Shown here: positions 50,477-63,955 of the stretch, in pieces
Position numbering within the stretch: the stretch's first letter is position 1
Layout: each line of letters starts with the position of its first letter
Source: Antedon mediterranea
Lineage: Eukaryota; Animalia; Echinodermata
DNA: 64,000 bases
Direction of reading: 5' to 3'
Assembly: GCF_964355755.1 (NCBI RefSeq)
Contig: NC_092678.1
Span: forward strand, 4,728,422 to 4,792,421
Notes under the pieces: generated by a model
What the model saw: only the letters and a program-made list of their open reading frames with translations
The model's database searches: none
What the model was told of the DNA's origin: nothing
Program-made: the position numbers and the translations under genes

Positions 50477-51120
50477 TAGTCATAGTCATAGTCATATATA
50501 CTTTATTGTCCATTTAAAAAACAGAAATGTGATTTGAAAACTGGCAAAATACAAAAATATAAAATACAATTTACAAAAACACACACAAAAAGTTAAGAGG
50601 CTAAAAATTGTTAAAATTAGATAAAAATTATTATTATTTAATTATATTATATGATTTATTATTATATTGAACTAACGATGATTTAAAGTTTATATAAAAG
50701 CATTAAAACTATAAAAATAAACAAAAGCGGTTACATTTTACCTTTGTACTCTGGAGGTACAAACGAGCACCTAAACCGGTTTGTTTTGGTATTAAGTGCA
50801 CGTAGTCTTATGCCAGAATTCATGAGAGCAAATTGTTTGTGAAGAGGATGTGTTTCATCATCAATGATACTTTTTACTTTTTTTAACACATTTTCTTTAT
50901 ACAAGGATTCAACATCAGGTAAGTGTTCTACTAGTCTAATTGCTCTATTTCCTATTCGATTAAGTTTAATTTTATCTTTTTGCATTGTACAGTATTACCA
51001 TAAAAACAAACATTACAAAAAAGTATTACACTGAGAATTACAGAGTTATAAAACAATTTAAGTATAGTTTTGTCAATTTGTAGGTACTTCATTTTTCTTA
51101 AAATAAACATCTAATAATAA
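50477..51120 (-). mobile_element. LINE 3' end with (GACTAT)n tail, private to copy C
   Basis: I.DETHPLHKQF.LMNSGIRLR...KTNRFRCSFVP; tail tagtcatagtcatagtc; absent from A and B. Confidence 0.75.
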
Positions 51121-54036
51121 TTATCTTCCCTGTGAGCTTGCGATTGCTCTTCCCTTCTTTGTTTTTGTTTATTTTATTAATTTTTTATATATATATTTTT
51201 ACTATGACATGTTTTTTTACCTGCAATTTGGCTCTTACCCACGAGTTGTAATTTTGGTCGATTTTTGATATTTGAAATAAAAGTGAATAACTTATACTTA
51301 TTTTCCCAGATATAGTCTGTTCTCCCTCTTGATCTCCTTGTGTGTGTCAATATCCAAGGAGCAAGGTGTTTGGCTCTTGATAGTTTCTGTGGGATACAAA
51401 TATTCACAGCCTCTTATAGCCAGATGTAAACTCTTTCCAGATATCTTCAGCCTTTGTGTACAAGAACAATGCTTGCTGTGGTTGTTTGGTCCTTTTGGCA
51501 TAGCTATTGGCCTCTAAGTACACAATGTCATGGTCAGAAATTCCTGGTAACACTCTTCAGATGTTGTTGGGAAGGTTAGTCAGATTGTTTGATTCTCTGG
51601 TGGGAATTTTTTGGACGGATTCTTGAAAGTGATTAATGCTCTTTTCATCTGACTTGTCAGGACAATAATAAGAGCAAACAAGAAGACTCCACTGTCCCTT
51701 GAGTTGAATTCTAGACCATAAAACTTCACATTCTGTAAACAGACTTGGTTCATCATTGCATGGCAGATTATCAGCAATTGCAATAAACCACTCCTCCACC
51801 TTGTCTGTTCTCTACGATATACCTTGTAGTTATGTGTAGTTTAATAAATAGTGTAATCAAGGTGGGTCTCACAAACAATGATAACATCAGGCCTAGTACT
51901 CAGAATGGTGTTATGTAAAAGGTGGACTTCATTTGTAACAGACTGAATATTGATATTTAGGAACCGGAGGGGCCACTTGTTTCTCACTTGCCTGCTGGAT
52001 TTGGTTGGTGTTGATGAATGTATAGGTTTGAATTCATTCTCATCCATTGTGGATGTGCTGGTATCTGTCGAATGTACAAACTTTGTGCAAGTCAAATACA
52101 CATCGCTACTGCTGTTATTACCACAGACCAAGCAGTACCAACTATAATGTCAGTATCGCCTAAATGTTGAAACGACTTGATGTCGACATCTTGGCATTCA
52201 ATGTGGAACCAATGTCTGCATGTTTCACATGCAATAGCAACCATGAAATCGATATTGGATGAAGTTTTCAATGAAAAATGGAAGCTAAACTGAAACCCTT
52301 GTTTGATAGGTTAGACCAGGGTGAAACTAGAATTAGTGAATTAGAGGACATTAACAAAATCTGTTCCGACTCAGAACACTGCTATATCTAAACTTGAATT
52401 TAAAATTAGATATCAAGATTCCTTGATCATGATTTAGAGCAATACTCCCGTCGGAACTCATTAAGGGTATAGTGTGACGGAGTCTAACGCGGGAAACACA
52501 GATAACATTGTGAGTGATATTTGTAATGATAAGCTTGGTATTAAGTGTTGTATAGGCAATATTGACCGATCTCATCGTGTTGGGAGGAAGAACTCTGATC
52601 AACCTAGAGCCATCTTAGTTTAACTTGTTTCGTATAACTTCACGCTTGCTAAATCTGGTAAGAAGATTCATCTTACAATGGGCTCACTTATAGCGACGAG
52701 ACCATTAGAAGTTTAGCTATTGATTTCACAACATTAGAACCTGGCAAAAACAACCTCGAAACTGATCTTGCCGGTCCGTATTAAGTAATTATTTATCCAG
52801 ATGCTACACACTCACACACGTCATGTAGAGCCGCAGAGCATTGTAATAGAACCTGAACAACAAACTGTAGAAAAACAAGTAGAACCTGAACTACAAATGG
52901 TAAAAGAACAACTAGAACCGCAACAGAATAAAGAAACTAAACCTGTTGCTCAAATTGTAAATAAAGATGAAACGAGGGAGAGTGATGATATAGCTCATAC
53001 ACGGCGGAGTGCTTCTAATTACAATACTTGCGACAAAGACGAACTAACACTCAGACGCTCTTCTCGGATTAAGGGAAAAGGCGAAAAACAGAATTATTTG
53101 GAATTAATAACTCCATATTGGCAGAATTTAGCATGACGCAACTTTTGTTAGTACAGATACTTGCTGGATAGCTCAAGTAAAGTTTTTATTTCATGATACA
53201 CTGATGTTGCCAGGGACGACAACATATAAAGCTGGGGTTCATTTCAGTTCATTTTTAGCTGGTGCAACACGACTCTACAGCTCACTATGTCGGTCGGTTC
53301 GTCGGTCGGTTGGTTGGTCAGTAAACACTAACTTGAGCACACGACTGCAGTCTTGTTTTTAATGTTTATAAATTCAAGAATTTCATTATTTTTCTTCCTA
53401 TTTTGAATATTCATATTGTAACTTTGATTATACTTTGATGAACTTTATTCATTTTTCATTTTTGGTTTTGACATTGTACATATGTTACGATAACTGATTT
53501 GTTTGTTTTTTCCCATCTTCTTTTTATGATATATATTTTTAGTGATGTTGTCAGAGACGACAACAGATAAAGCTGGGGAGTATGTAAGGAGCTGGTTTTA
53601 TTTATGTTCAAGTTTATCATATTTCTTTATACATTTTATTAATAGTTTTAATTCTTAATCAAAATATATATTGTTAACAATTATTGGGACAATAATTGCA
53701 TTGTCCTGGCAAAGGAGAGAGGGCAAGCGGTAACTCAGTTGTTATTGCGAGGTGTTTGCAGATTTCGAAGTGAAGAAATACTATATTATTTATCATAATC
53801 ATCAATTTATTGTTTTAATTTACATTTTCTAGCTTGACGTATGCTGGCATTATTGTCCAGTCAAGTTGGGGATTTTTTCAGATTGTTTTCCAGTTTGGTC
53901 TTAGTATTTCTAGTTCCTATTCGAATAAATAATTGGTCATTGAAGTTTACACCATCTCTCTCTCTCCTGTGTTCACACAACAATAATTTATTATTATTAC
54001 AAATATTTGTTAAATAATTAAGTCCTAGGGAACTTA

Positions 54037-54720
54037 CTTAGTTCAGGAAAGTCATCCTGTGAACAGAATAGATAATGCCACAGACCAGTATCATCTTTAT
54101 GATCCTCACCGTGTGGACGACAACAAGCAATTTGATTAATTGCCCTAGCATCAATTTTCCTCCTGCAAACAAATAAAATGACATTTTTCAGTTTTCAGTT
54201 CAATAGACGATGAATAAAAACACATTCTTCACTGTAGCTTACCAATATAAAATGTAGCCGGTATTTTTTTGGTCAACATTTGGAATAAAACTTTTAATAG
54301 GGGTCACTTCTTGGAATAAAGATTTCAAATCCTTGTATCGATTGTTTAATTCTGCATGGATATCGTAGAAAGAAATTCTTTTGCTCCCATAGTTCTAGTA
54401 AACCAAACAAATGAAATATATATGACATATTCATATAAAATGGAAGGAAGAGTAACTTTTTAGTACGCGAATTTCCATACATGTACTGTAAGTGCTAAAA
54501 AGTCTAGACTACAATTGTTACCAGTAATAAACATAATGTTCGTTCCCAGTCTTTCTAACTCATCTGCAAAAGCGTCCAAATCTAAATCTCTGGCTTCTCA
54601 GGATTGGCATCCACAGCTGACTCATCATACTCTAAAGCGTCTACTGCCATCTTATGTGCCCAATCGTATTTCTCCAGGTGTGCATGTGTACTGTCGAGTA
54701 CCTCCACATACGCCTCAGTA
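54037..54720 (-). pseudogene. SUPT6H: Three Spt6 exons (duplicate C)
   Basis: Includes the complete exon 54243-54394, NYGSKRISFYDIHAELNNRYKDLKSLFQEV..FQMLTKKIPATFYIG. Confidence 0.88.
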
Positions 54721-55465
54721 CTGTAAACATTAATTTATGAGGGTTCAATTTATAGTTGTGTTTTGCATCATTGTAAGTACTTCCATTTCATTTATTTATT
54801 TTATTGGCACAAACACCCACAAGGAAAATCATCTTTTGTATTGTAGTTATTTCTGTATTTGGGCCATTGGCCCATGTTTTCCTCTTGTGGCTATATGCCA
54901 TAAAATGTTTAATAAATAAAATTTTAAATATAGCCAATATTGTGAGTACCTACCTGGTATGGGATCCCTGAAATGTTCCTTGAACCATCAAAGTAAAGCA
55001 TTGAGTGAAATATGTCTGACATCAACGTTTAATCCAATTTTTTACTTGACAAGTATTCTTCTTTGAGTTTTTTTAAATATCTACTTCCTTTAACTCCTTA
55101 TCTCGTTTAAAATAACTGTTGGTACTCTGGTGGTGGGTGGGGTTTTAGAAAGTGAGGTTAGTCAAGTGAGACCGAGTTGGGCTACACATGAAGTAGTAGT
55201 CCTTGCTTTAATCAGTCAGCAATCAGAACTTTAAACTTGAGTTGGATACTCACATATTGTATACAGTTTGTTTAGTAGGCAAGTGTTACCAATAAAAACC
55301 CCATCTTGGGCAAAAAGTTATTTCTATAGGCCTATTGTGTTTTGTGTGTAATTCTGTAAATTTCAGACGTCTTGACCGCAGGATTATTTTGCGAGTGCTT
55401 TCCCTCACAACGAATTATAATACAGGATTATTTTGTGCGTGCTTTCCCTCACAACGGATTATAAT

Positions 55466-58400
55466 ATATCTAGAGCTAACTGGGATGATATTTATAGATC
55501 TGATGATGTAAATATGGCATATAATAATTTTTATACAACTTTTGCTAATATATGTGATAATAATGCACCGTTTGTAACTTTTAATCCATCAAAAAAGTAT
55601 TTAAGGAAAAGCCATGAATAACTAGAGCTATTAGAAAGAGTATTAACAAAAAACATCAATTGCATTCTAAACTTGTTAAATCTAACTTCAACATAAACAT
55701 GTCCTTAACATATAAAAGATATAGGAATGTATTAACAGGCCTTCTTAGAAAGGCTAAAGAAATGTATTATGGTGATTTGTTTATGAAAAGTAAAAGTAAT
55801 ACAATTAAAACATGGGGAATTATAAACAGTATTCTTAAAGAGTGTAAATTAAATTATTCCAGATAAACTTAAATTAAATTATGGTAATATAGAATGGCAG
55901 AAATTTAGCAAGCAAGATTGATTGCTCTCAAAAAAGTTCCAATGAATATTTGAAAAATTCAATTAGTTCCTCTTTATATTGGAAACCTGATTTAGAATTT
56001 GAAATTAAAGAATTATTAAGAAATATAGATATAAAAAAGGCCACTGGACATGACCAGTTAACTGCTAGATTAATTAAGGATTCATCTATTGTTATTGCAA
56101 AGCCATTAACATATATTATTAACTTATTACTTGTCACAGGTGTTTTTCCTGATGACTTGAAAGTGGCACAAGTGACTCCAAATTTTTTTAAAGGGTTATA
56201 AGGATCTCCTTGGAAATTATCTACAGATTTCAGTTTTGCCACTATAAACCAAAGTATTTAAAAGGATTGTGAAAAATAAATTATTAGATTTTATAGAAAA
56301 AAATAATATATTTTATTGTCATCAATATGGTTTCCGCCAAAAGTATAGTACTAAACATTCTCTATTTAATCTAGTTAATCAAATAATACAATACTTAGAT
56401 GAGGGGAGAGTCACAGTAGGAGATTTGATTTAGTCAAAGCTAGTCTGGGTTCCAGACGGAGTTTTGTCTTAATATTAGTAAAAAGATAAATATTTTGGCA
56501 CATATAGCGTTTCATACGTATACTACTTGATTTTGTATTTTCAGACAAAAATCGCGGTCGAAATAAAAAAAAAAAAATAAAAAAAAAAGATAATACAGAC
56601 TTGGGGCAAGTCTAAGTCAAAGCCTTTGACACCATTGATCATAGTATTCTTTTGTCTAAACTGGCTCATTATGGAATCAGAAGATTGCCTTTAAATTGGT
56701 TTAAAAATTATTTAGAAAATAGGAGACAATATGTTAAACTCAATGGAGTTCGGTTATCATCACTACTGCGGAGTACCGCAGGGTTCGGTGTTAGGCCCAA
56801 CTATATTTCTTCTCTATATAAATGATTTATCACTCTCTACACCATATTATAATTAGGTTATATGCATTATGCATATAACCTGATTCTGTCAGGATCTTTA
56901 TTTATTTATTTATTCTTTCCTTATCACTATTTTGTCCGTGAATTATCTTGATATCAGTTTCATCTAGCTAAGTCAATTTTTCAGAGTATATTTTTTATGG
57001 CCAGGAATCGATGTGGTTATGTTTTCACTGTGCGCAATCAAAAATTACGCGGTCTACTCGCGATTTAACAAAATCACTTTTGTAATCATAAATTCACAAT
57101 CATGAATCATTTTTAAACAAAATTTGGTACTCTTAAATTTTAGGTCATATTTCATCATATGGCAATACAATTGCGTGTGTAGCGCATATAAACGCATACG
57201 TACATGCGCTAAAAATTTTCAAAATTTATTTTCAATGAAATTAGAGTACGTTTCAGGCAATTTTAAGTGTTTAAAAAATTGCCATGAGTGCGCAGATTTT
57301 CGCATGCGCACTGCGCATTAAACGTTGTTGTTAAATTTTTGTTTGATTTCTGTTGTACAACCTTTCTTTAATAATATCATCATATTTTATTAACTTTTTA
57401 ACGTGAAATTGCGTTATACGAGCACGTCAAAGTGAAAGGCTACGCACGTGTATTATGAAATTAGGAGAATAAATGTTGATAAGGTCATCATTAATTGAAT
57501 TTTAAATTTTAAAAATGTATTTCGACAATCAAAAAATTATGACATTTTCGTAGGCCAAAATAACAAACGTGGATGGCTCGGTGGTTTGGGCACGTGTCTA
57601 TGGTGTTCAAGGTACCGAGATCGAGTCTCACCTTGGGAAACAAAACGAAATGAGATTTTTTTTTATTATCCATATTGTTTGTTCAACTTTATTTCTTAGT
57701 GTATAGATTATACACATGATTTTTTATAATGAAATCTAGATAAAAAGTAACTTAAGTCTTTATTATTATGTAACAAATGTGGTTTATGACATTACATACG
57801 CAGAAGAATCTTTGATCGGATTATGATACCGGCTATTGTATTTGCGTTAGCAAGATCCTATCATATATTATAAATAACTAAAGATTCTGAGAAAATCAAT
57901 CAATCAATATATCTTAAATCAATCAATTATCTTTATTTAAATCAATGCATATAACCTATAATTCATCATAGTGACGAATTAAATCTATTTTTAGATTATT
58001 TGCTGATGACTCAAATTTGTTTCATACTTTTCCAGATGATCAAAGAAACATAGATCTTTCATAAGTCAGTTTGCATTTAGCATATGTAAACCAATGGTGT
58101 AGTGCGAATAGACTTACGATACATACTTCCAAGATGCATTTTATTTTGTTTAGTGGGAGAAACAAAACTGTCTTAACTCAAGGACATGTGACTCTTAATG
58201 ATAGTATAATTAAAGAGGTAGAATCGGCTTCTTTTGTGGGACTTATTATGGATAAACATTTAATTTTTAATAAACATATTGAACATGTTAATATTATCTT
58301 AAGAAAAAAAATTTGAATTTCGTATAAACTCAGGTTATTTGTTCTAAAGCATATATTATTATCATTATACCAAAACATTTATTCAACTTATATAATGTAC

Positions 58401-59157
58401 GGTCTTGAAGTTTGGGGTGGTACATTCCATTCTTAATTAAACTATATTTATTTATCACAAAAGATAATAATAATAATAAATAACATTTATAAAGCGCAAG
58501 AGACAAAGGTTTCAAAGCGCTGTGTTTTCCAAGATCAGTGCAAGTAGTAGCGTGCGATTATGCTTCTCTGAAGAGATGAGTTTTGAGTTTAGTTTTAAAT
58601 GTGATAACAGATTTTGATGAGCGTATTTTGAGTGGTAGAGTGTTCCAGAGTTTTGGGGCTGCGACAGCGAAAGCACGATCACCGTTAGAGCGATAACCTT
58701 TAGTAATTATACAGCACACGCATTTCCTCTGTTTGTTAAATTAAATAGCTTAAATATTTTTAAATTATATAAGCTTTTATGTATGATTTAATTAATAATA
58801 ATTTATCACATTCATTTGATTAATACTGTATGTTATTACAACATGAATATGGTACTAGACAAAGGCAACGAGGTAATCTGGTTTTACTCAAAGTCAAAAC
58901 AAATATTGGAAAAACAGCATTCTCTTATGCAGGTCCTGCTATATGGAATGAGTTGCCTCTTCCAATTAGAGCCCATTTATTCAGAACTTTATTAAGTCTT
59001 CATTCACTGATATTTATTACATGCTTAAATATATATATATTTTTGTTCCCTCTTAGTCTATGTGTATATATTGCCACACATAATTTAAAGTGTTGTGGGG
59101 TTGGACTTGACTAGCGTTTTGCTATTTTCCAGCTCCAATTATCCATTGTATATATAT
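55466..59157 (+). mobile_element. CR1/L2 LINE with nested MITE and HINE (duplicate C)
   Basis: Paralogue of 30712-34462. Confidence 0.85.
58464..58683 (-). mobile_element. L2-type 3' end with (TTA)n tail, private to copy C
   Basis: GDRAFAVAAPKLWNTLP...FKTKLKTHLF and gcgctttataaatg tail; absent at the equivalent position ~33926. Confidence 0.8.
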
Positions 59158-59317
59158 TTGAGTGCTTTCCCTCACACGGATTATAATTCAGGATTATTTT
59201 GTGAGTGCTTTCCCTCAAAACAGATTATAATTCACGATTATTTTGTGAACACTTTCCCTCACAAGGGATGATAATTCAGGATTATTTTGCGAGTGCTTTC
59301 CCTCAAAACGGATTATA

Positions 59318-59804
59318 ATGTTAGAGGTATCTGAAACCCAGAGATGTGAGGACGATGATAGAATTTGTAAAAAACAGAATATCTGAAACAAACAGTACCA
59401 CTTCTAGCTGAAACCCTGATAGACTAGACGGACAACTCAATTACATACCAACAACTTATGGAAATCGAGGTTTCTATTGTGAAGGACCTGAACCACTTAC
59501 TCCACAAGATGTATTGGAACAAGTGCTTAGTGCATTAAACATTAAACATAAGTACATCACTTCAATAACAAGGAAATGTAATGATGTTATATATCGGTGT
59601 ATCAAAGACTACTCATTCACCACTTATCCACCTTCTTTGATAGTTGCGGGGTGTACCATGTACATATTGGAAGACAGGGTGCCAAACCTGACATCACAGT
59701 TAAACGTGCTGACAGAAATAATATCTGAGAACATTATTAAATGCAGAGACAAAATCAAACTGATTGTCAAGAGGGAAAGAAAAGAAAACGTTGATGAATT
59801 ATGA
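59318..59804 (+). pseudogene. Cyclin D-like pseudogene copy 2
   Basis: Paralogue of 34644-35186, preceded by minisatellite 59158-59317. Confidence 0.85.
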
Positions 59805-59911
59805 CATTTTGAAATTTTTACTTTACGTTGTACTAAAGACATTTATTGTTTTAACTTAACTTCCGAATACTTATTGACATTAAAAATTAAATTAGAATAA
59901 ACTCACAACAG

Positions 59912-60251
59912 ATGATAATTCAGGATTATTTTGGGAGTGCTTTCTCTCTCAAGGGATTAAAATACAGAATTATTTTTGCAAGTGCCTTCCCTCACAACGG
60001 ATTATAATTCAGGATTATTTTGCGAGTGCTTTCCCTCAAGACAGATTATAATTCAGGAATATTTTGTGAGTCCTTTCCCTCACAACAGATTATAATTCAG
60101 GATTATTTTGTGAGTGGTTTTCCTCACAACAGATTATAATTCAGGATTATTTTGGGAGTGCTTTCTCTCACAAGGGATTAAAATACAGAATTATTTTTGC
60201 AAGTACCTTCCCTCACAACGGATTATACTTCAGGATTATTTTGTGAGTGCT
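59912..60251. repeat. 44-bp minisatellite, longest array
   Basis: About seven to eight units. Confidence 0.9.
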
Positions 60252-61150
60252 TGGTTGCAGATTGTATGTGAAAACCAGAGATGTGAGGAAGATTTTTTCA
60301 CCATTGCGATGAACTACTTTGATAGAATTTTGTATAAAAAAAAAAAAATGGAGGAGGAGTGTGTATCTACATAAATGATGTATCGTTCAATACAAAGCTA
60401 GAAATGAGTATTGACAGTTTAGAATCAATCTGGATTGATATATTGCTACCCAAGTTGAAACCTATTGCTGTTGGATGCTTTTATCGCCCTCCCACTTGTA
60501 AAGCATTTCTTGAAAACTTCTTAAACTTAAGATCTGATTGTGAATTGTATGTTTTAAGTGATTTCAATATTAATTTTAATAAGAATGTTCATGATTTTGC
60601 TGTTATGTTTAAAAATAAGTTGATATGTAAGAAAAATAGGATCTCATATCTTGGTTGTTTGCTTGATGAAGACCTGTCTGGAGAATCTATGGTTCAAAAA
60701 GTTCTTAGTAAGACTAATTCAAGACTTAAATTTTTGTATAGACATTCTGCATGTCTAAATTTCTTTTCGTGTAAAATTCTATGTTCGGCACTGATTACTT
60801 GTCACTTTGATTATGCATGTTGCTCCTGGTTTCCAGCTGTTTCTAAAAAACTAAAAAGACTTCAAACCACTCAAATAAAGTTGCAACTGTTGGGCGCTGG
60901 ATGTCTATTCGTTGCATCCAAACTGAAACAACCACTTACTCCACAAGATGTATTGGAACAAGTGCTTAGTGCATTAAACATTAAATATAAGTACATCACT
61001 TCAATAACAAGGAAATGCATTCACCACTTATCCACCTTCTTTGATAGTTGTACATATTGGAAGACATGGTGCCAAACCTGAAATCACAGTTAAACGTGCT
61101 GACAGAAATAATATCTGAGAACATTATTAAATGCAGAGACAAAATCAAAC
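60252..61150 (+). pseudogene. Cyclin D-like pseudogene copy 3, interrupted by LINE pieces (~60345-60872)
   Basis: WLQIVCENQRCEEDFFTIAMNYFDRIL ... KLQLLGAGCLFVASKLKQ; the insert has GGGVCIYI, VGCFYRPP, YLGCLLD and HFDYAC. Confidence 0.85.
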
Positions 61151-61544
61151 TCAGGATTATTTTGTTAGTTTTTCCTCACAAGCTCAATACAGGATTCAAG
61201 ATCGTTTTGCAAGGATTATTTACAAATATTCAACCTTCAGAATTATTTTGTAAATTTTTTAAATTTTCATTCAATCTTCAAAATAATTAAGGATATTCGG
61301 GCAGCATTACCACATTGTATTACAAAAAGCTGATGTTACCTCATTAGACATATATAGGATTTACAGATTGGACAGATGTTTCGTTCTGTGAAAGTAACCT
61401 TTGCCAACTTAAGAGTAACTTCCACGAACACATACTGGAGACTTAACATTGTAATTCAATTTGATTAAATTACCACTACCACTGAGAACCCACAACAGTA
61501 GGCAAAAAACAGGGAAAAGCACCAAAATAGTCATAAAATTTGAA

Positions 61545-62520
61545 AGGATCAGTTGATGAGGTCATTTGTAGGCTTACCCCTTTCTGAAAGACAATTTATT
61601 CTGGACAAAAGCAAGCAATGTTGGACTTGGCGGCATATTGTCACAAATACAGGATGGAGAGAAAAGAGTGATCAGTTATGCAAGTCGTGCCCTGAGCAAA
61701 TCACAACGGAATTATTGTGCCACACAACGCAAACTACTTGCATTATTAGGTTCAATATCATTATGGACGTCATTTCACGGTCCGGACAGATTTGCATCAT
61801 TTCGTTGGCTTACAAACTTCAAGGAACCAGAGACAGTTAGCAAGGTGGTTGCAGTGGTACATCGACCAGAACTTAAACATGAAAATGCTGTGAAGGAAGC
61901 CATGTGGGCAATGTAAGAAAACAGCCGAACAACGGAGGCTGTAATCATAATATCCGCCTCATACAATTACAATCTAACATTTGTCTGGATGATATTTGCA
62001 CAGCTCAGTTGGAGGATAGTTCAATGCGACGTGTAATAGAGAACAAAGAACAACGTGAACCTCGACCTACATGGGAAGAGATGGCCGGGTTGAGTCGCAT
62101 CGATAATTGATATCGGAAGCTATTGTAAGTACTGGAGATAAGAAATGGAGTTCTCTATCGCAGATGGAAGTCAGAGGACAGTATTAGTTAGTTGGAAACT
62201 TGTACTTCCCGTCGAGATGAGAGCAGCAGCCCCGAAGGAACTGCACAGAGGCAAAACCAGTGGACATTTAGGGGTTGTAAAGACCACCTCAATGCAACAT
62301 TGTTTTTGGCTCGAAAGGCAAGGAGCAAATGTGACATTTGTGTTTGTAGGAAGATGCCAAATAAATAGAGAAAGGCCCCACTCCAACAGCAGGCAGCATA
62401 GAGAGCCCAATGGAATAAGTTGTATGGATATTACTGGACCTTTTCCAGAAACAGACAGGGGAAATAAGTACATACTTGTTGTTGGCGATTGTTTCTCAAA
62501 GAGGATGGAGGCCTATACTA
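61545..62520 (+). mobile_element. Degraded Gypsy RNase H-integrase fragment
   Basis: LSQIQDGEKRVISYASRALSK, H.GKTSGHLGV.KT, MDITGPFPETDRGNKYILVVGDCFSK. Confidence 0.8.
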
Positions 62521-63107
62521 TATTATAAATATTGTAAAAAAGGAAAGCATGAACACATCAATTATTTCAACAAAAGACATCAATCTTCATTCCATTATAT
62601 CTTACCTATTTCTTATACTATTAAGCGTATAGCTACATTTGACTTTAAACTTCTAAAAATGTTCAAATAGGGCCTAGGCCTAGCTACAAAATGTTTCCAT
62701 TTTCACGACGGTATGATGCACACTGCAGATATCTTACTAACTATTATTAACTTTAAACTTAGGGTCACTCAACTATGGCATGCAATTTATGCAAAAAAAA
62801 ACAGCGGCCTAGGATTTAATACACGCTGGTGTTACATGCGTTGGTGCAGTATGCAAATTGATTTTTATCATTTAAATAGGTCCTATTACAAGCGCCACCT
62901 TTTCGTTTAGCATTTAAAGTTCCAAGGTTTTTGGAACAATTGTTTTTTTCATGATAATTTTAAATAACATGAGGTCCGGTAAGTTGGTTCATTATTATTA
63001 AAAATAATAAGTTTAAAATATGCAAAAAATAGCGCCACATTTTAGTGGTTGAGCATTTAAAAGCAGATCTTTTTGATGGTTTGCGCATATAGATTCAAAG
63101 CTTCACG

Positions 63108-63955
63108 ATGTGCAATGAAAAAATCGTCGACATGCAAACTCATTGTTGTGGAACAACAAGGAGAAAAAGAGACTCGGAAACAAGTTACATAATGGGAATG
63201 CTAAGCGAGAGCATTAACAAAGATGAAAGCGGACAAATCATCCCATGTTACATAAATGGTAACTTGGAGAGCGACGTGGCTCAAAAAGCCCTCGCTTTAG
63301 CAGTGGGAGACAGTTTCATTGCAACTAATGTGAATAAAGGAGGAGACAATCACCGCCTCTTAAGTAGTTCCAAAGTAAACTATCATTCCTTTTCCAAATA
63401 ATTTAAACATGTTATATGTAAAAAATAAGAAGTCGTATAAAAACATTACACACAAAATCTTTTATTTTTTAAGTAATTTTACTTATAATTTTAAAATATA
63501 AATCCAATTTTACAATTTGTTTTTGTATTTTGATTTTCAGATATTTACGAAAGTTAGTAAGTTTCCAGTGGACGACATAGCAATACAAAACTTCATAACA
63601 CCGGATTTTGTATCTATGGTGGAAGCCAAAGGACTGCCAGTTAAAAGAAGACTCAGTATAATTGGAGGCGTTACTGAAGTAATTATTTTTTTTCATCGTA
63701 GGAACCATGATTAAAATGTCAATTATGTTTATTTTATCTGCTGATTTTGGAGTTTCGTGCTAATATCCAAAAGTTTGTTTATTTGTTTTCCTTTTTATTT
63801 AGCTTGGAGAATATGTTTCAACGTCGAAGTATAAACGAAAGAGTCTAAAACTAGAGTGCGACGACGTAAAAATGGATGTGGTACTCTGGGGGGAAAGTGG
63901 CCGAGGAGGCAAACCAACTCGTTATTGGCGAAAACATTATTATGGCGAAAACATT
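63108..63955 (+). pseudogene. Spliced OB-fold (RPA-like) gene fragment, three exons
   Basis: Exons ~63108-63374, 63541-63678 and 63803-~63955 join in phase 0 through GT-AG introns; LSIIGGVTE/LGEYV..KRKSLKLE...DVVLWG; extra G in the G-run at 63888-63893. Confidence 0.5.

Larger units (their letters stand above)
49244..61540 (+). repeat. Segmental duplicate C (older paralogue of ~21300-24266 and ~27275-35575)
   Basis: Collinear homology with more indels; ~3-kb deletion junction near 52237 (microhomology agc); empty Penelope site 51233-51244. Confidence 0.9.

Noticed and set aside
59912-60251. Regular repeats resembling a CRISPR array
   Set aside because: Units are head-to-tail with no unique spacers, there are no cas genes, and the context is eukaryotic; it is a minisatellite.
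60359-61081. 240-aa ORF as a novel LINE-cyclin fusion protein
   Set aside because: It is a patchwork of deleted APE and RT pieces plus an internally deleted cyclin that goes out of frame; most likely open by chance.
63108-63180. RRKR furin site suggesting a secreted prohormone
   Set aside because: No signal peptide, and the downstream exons fit an OB-fold pattern better.
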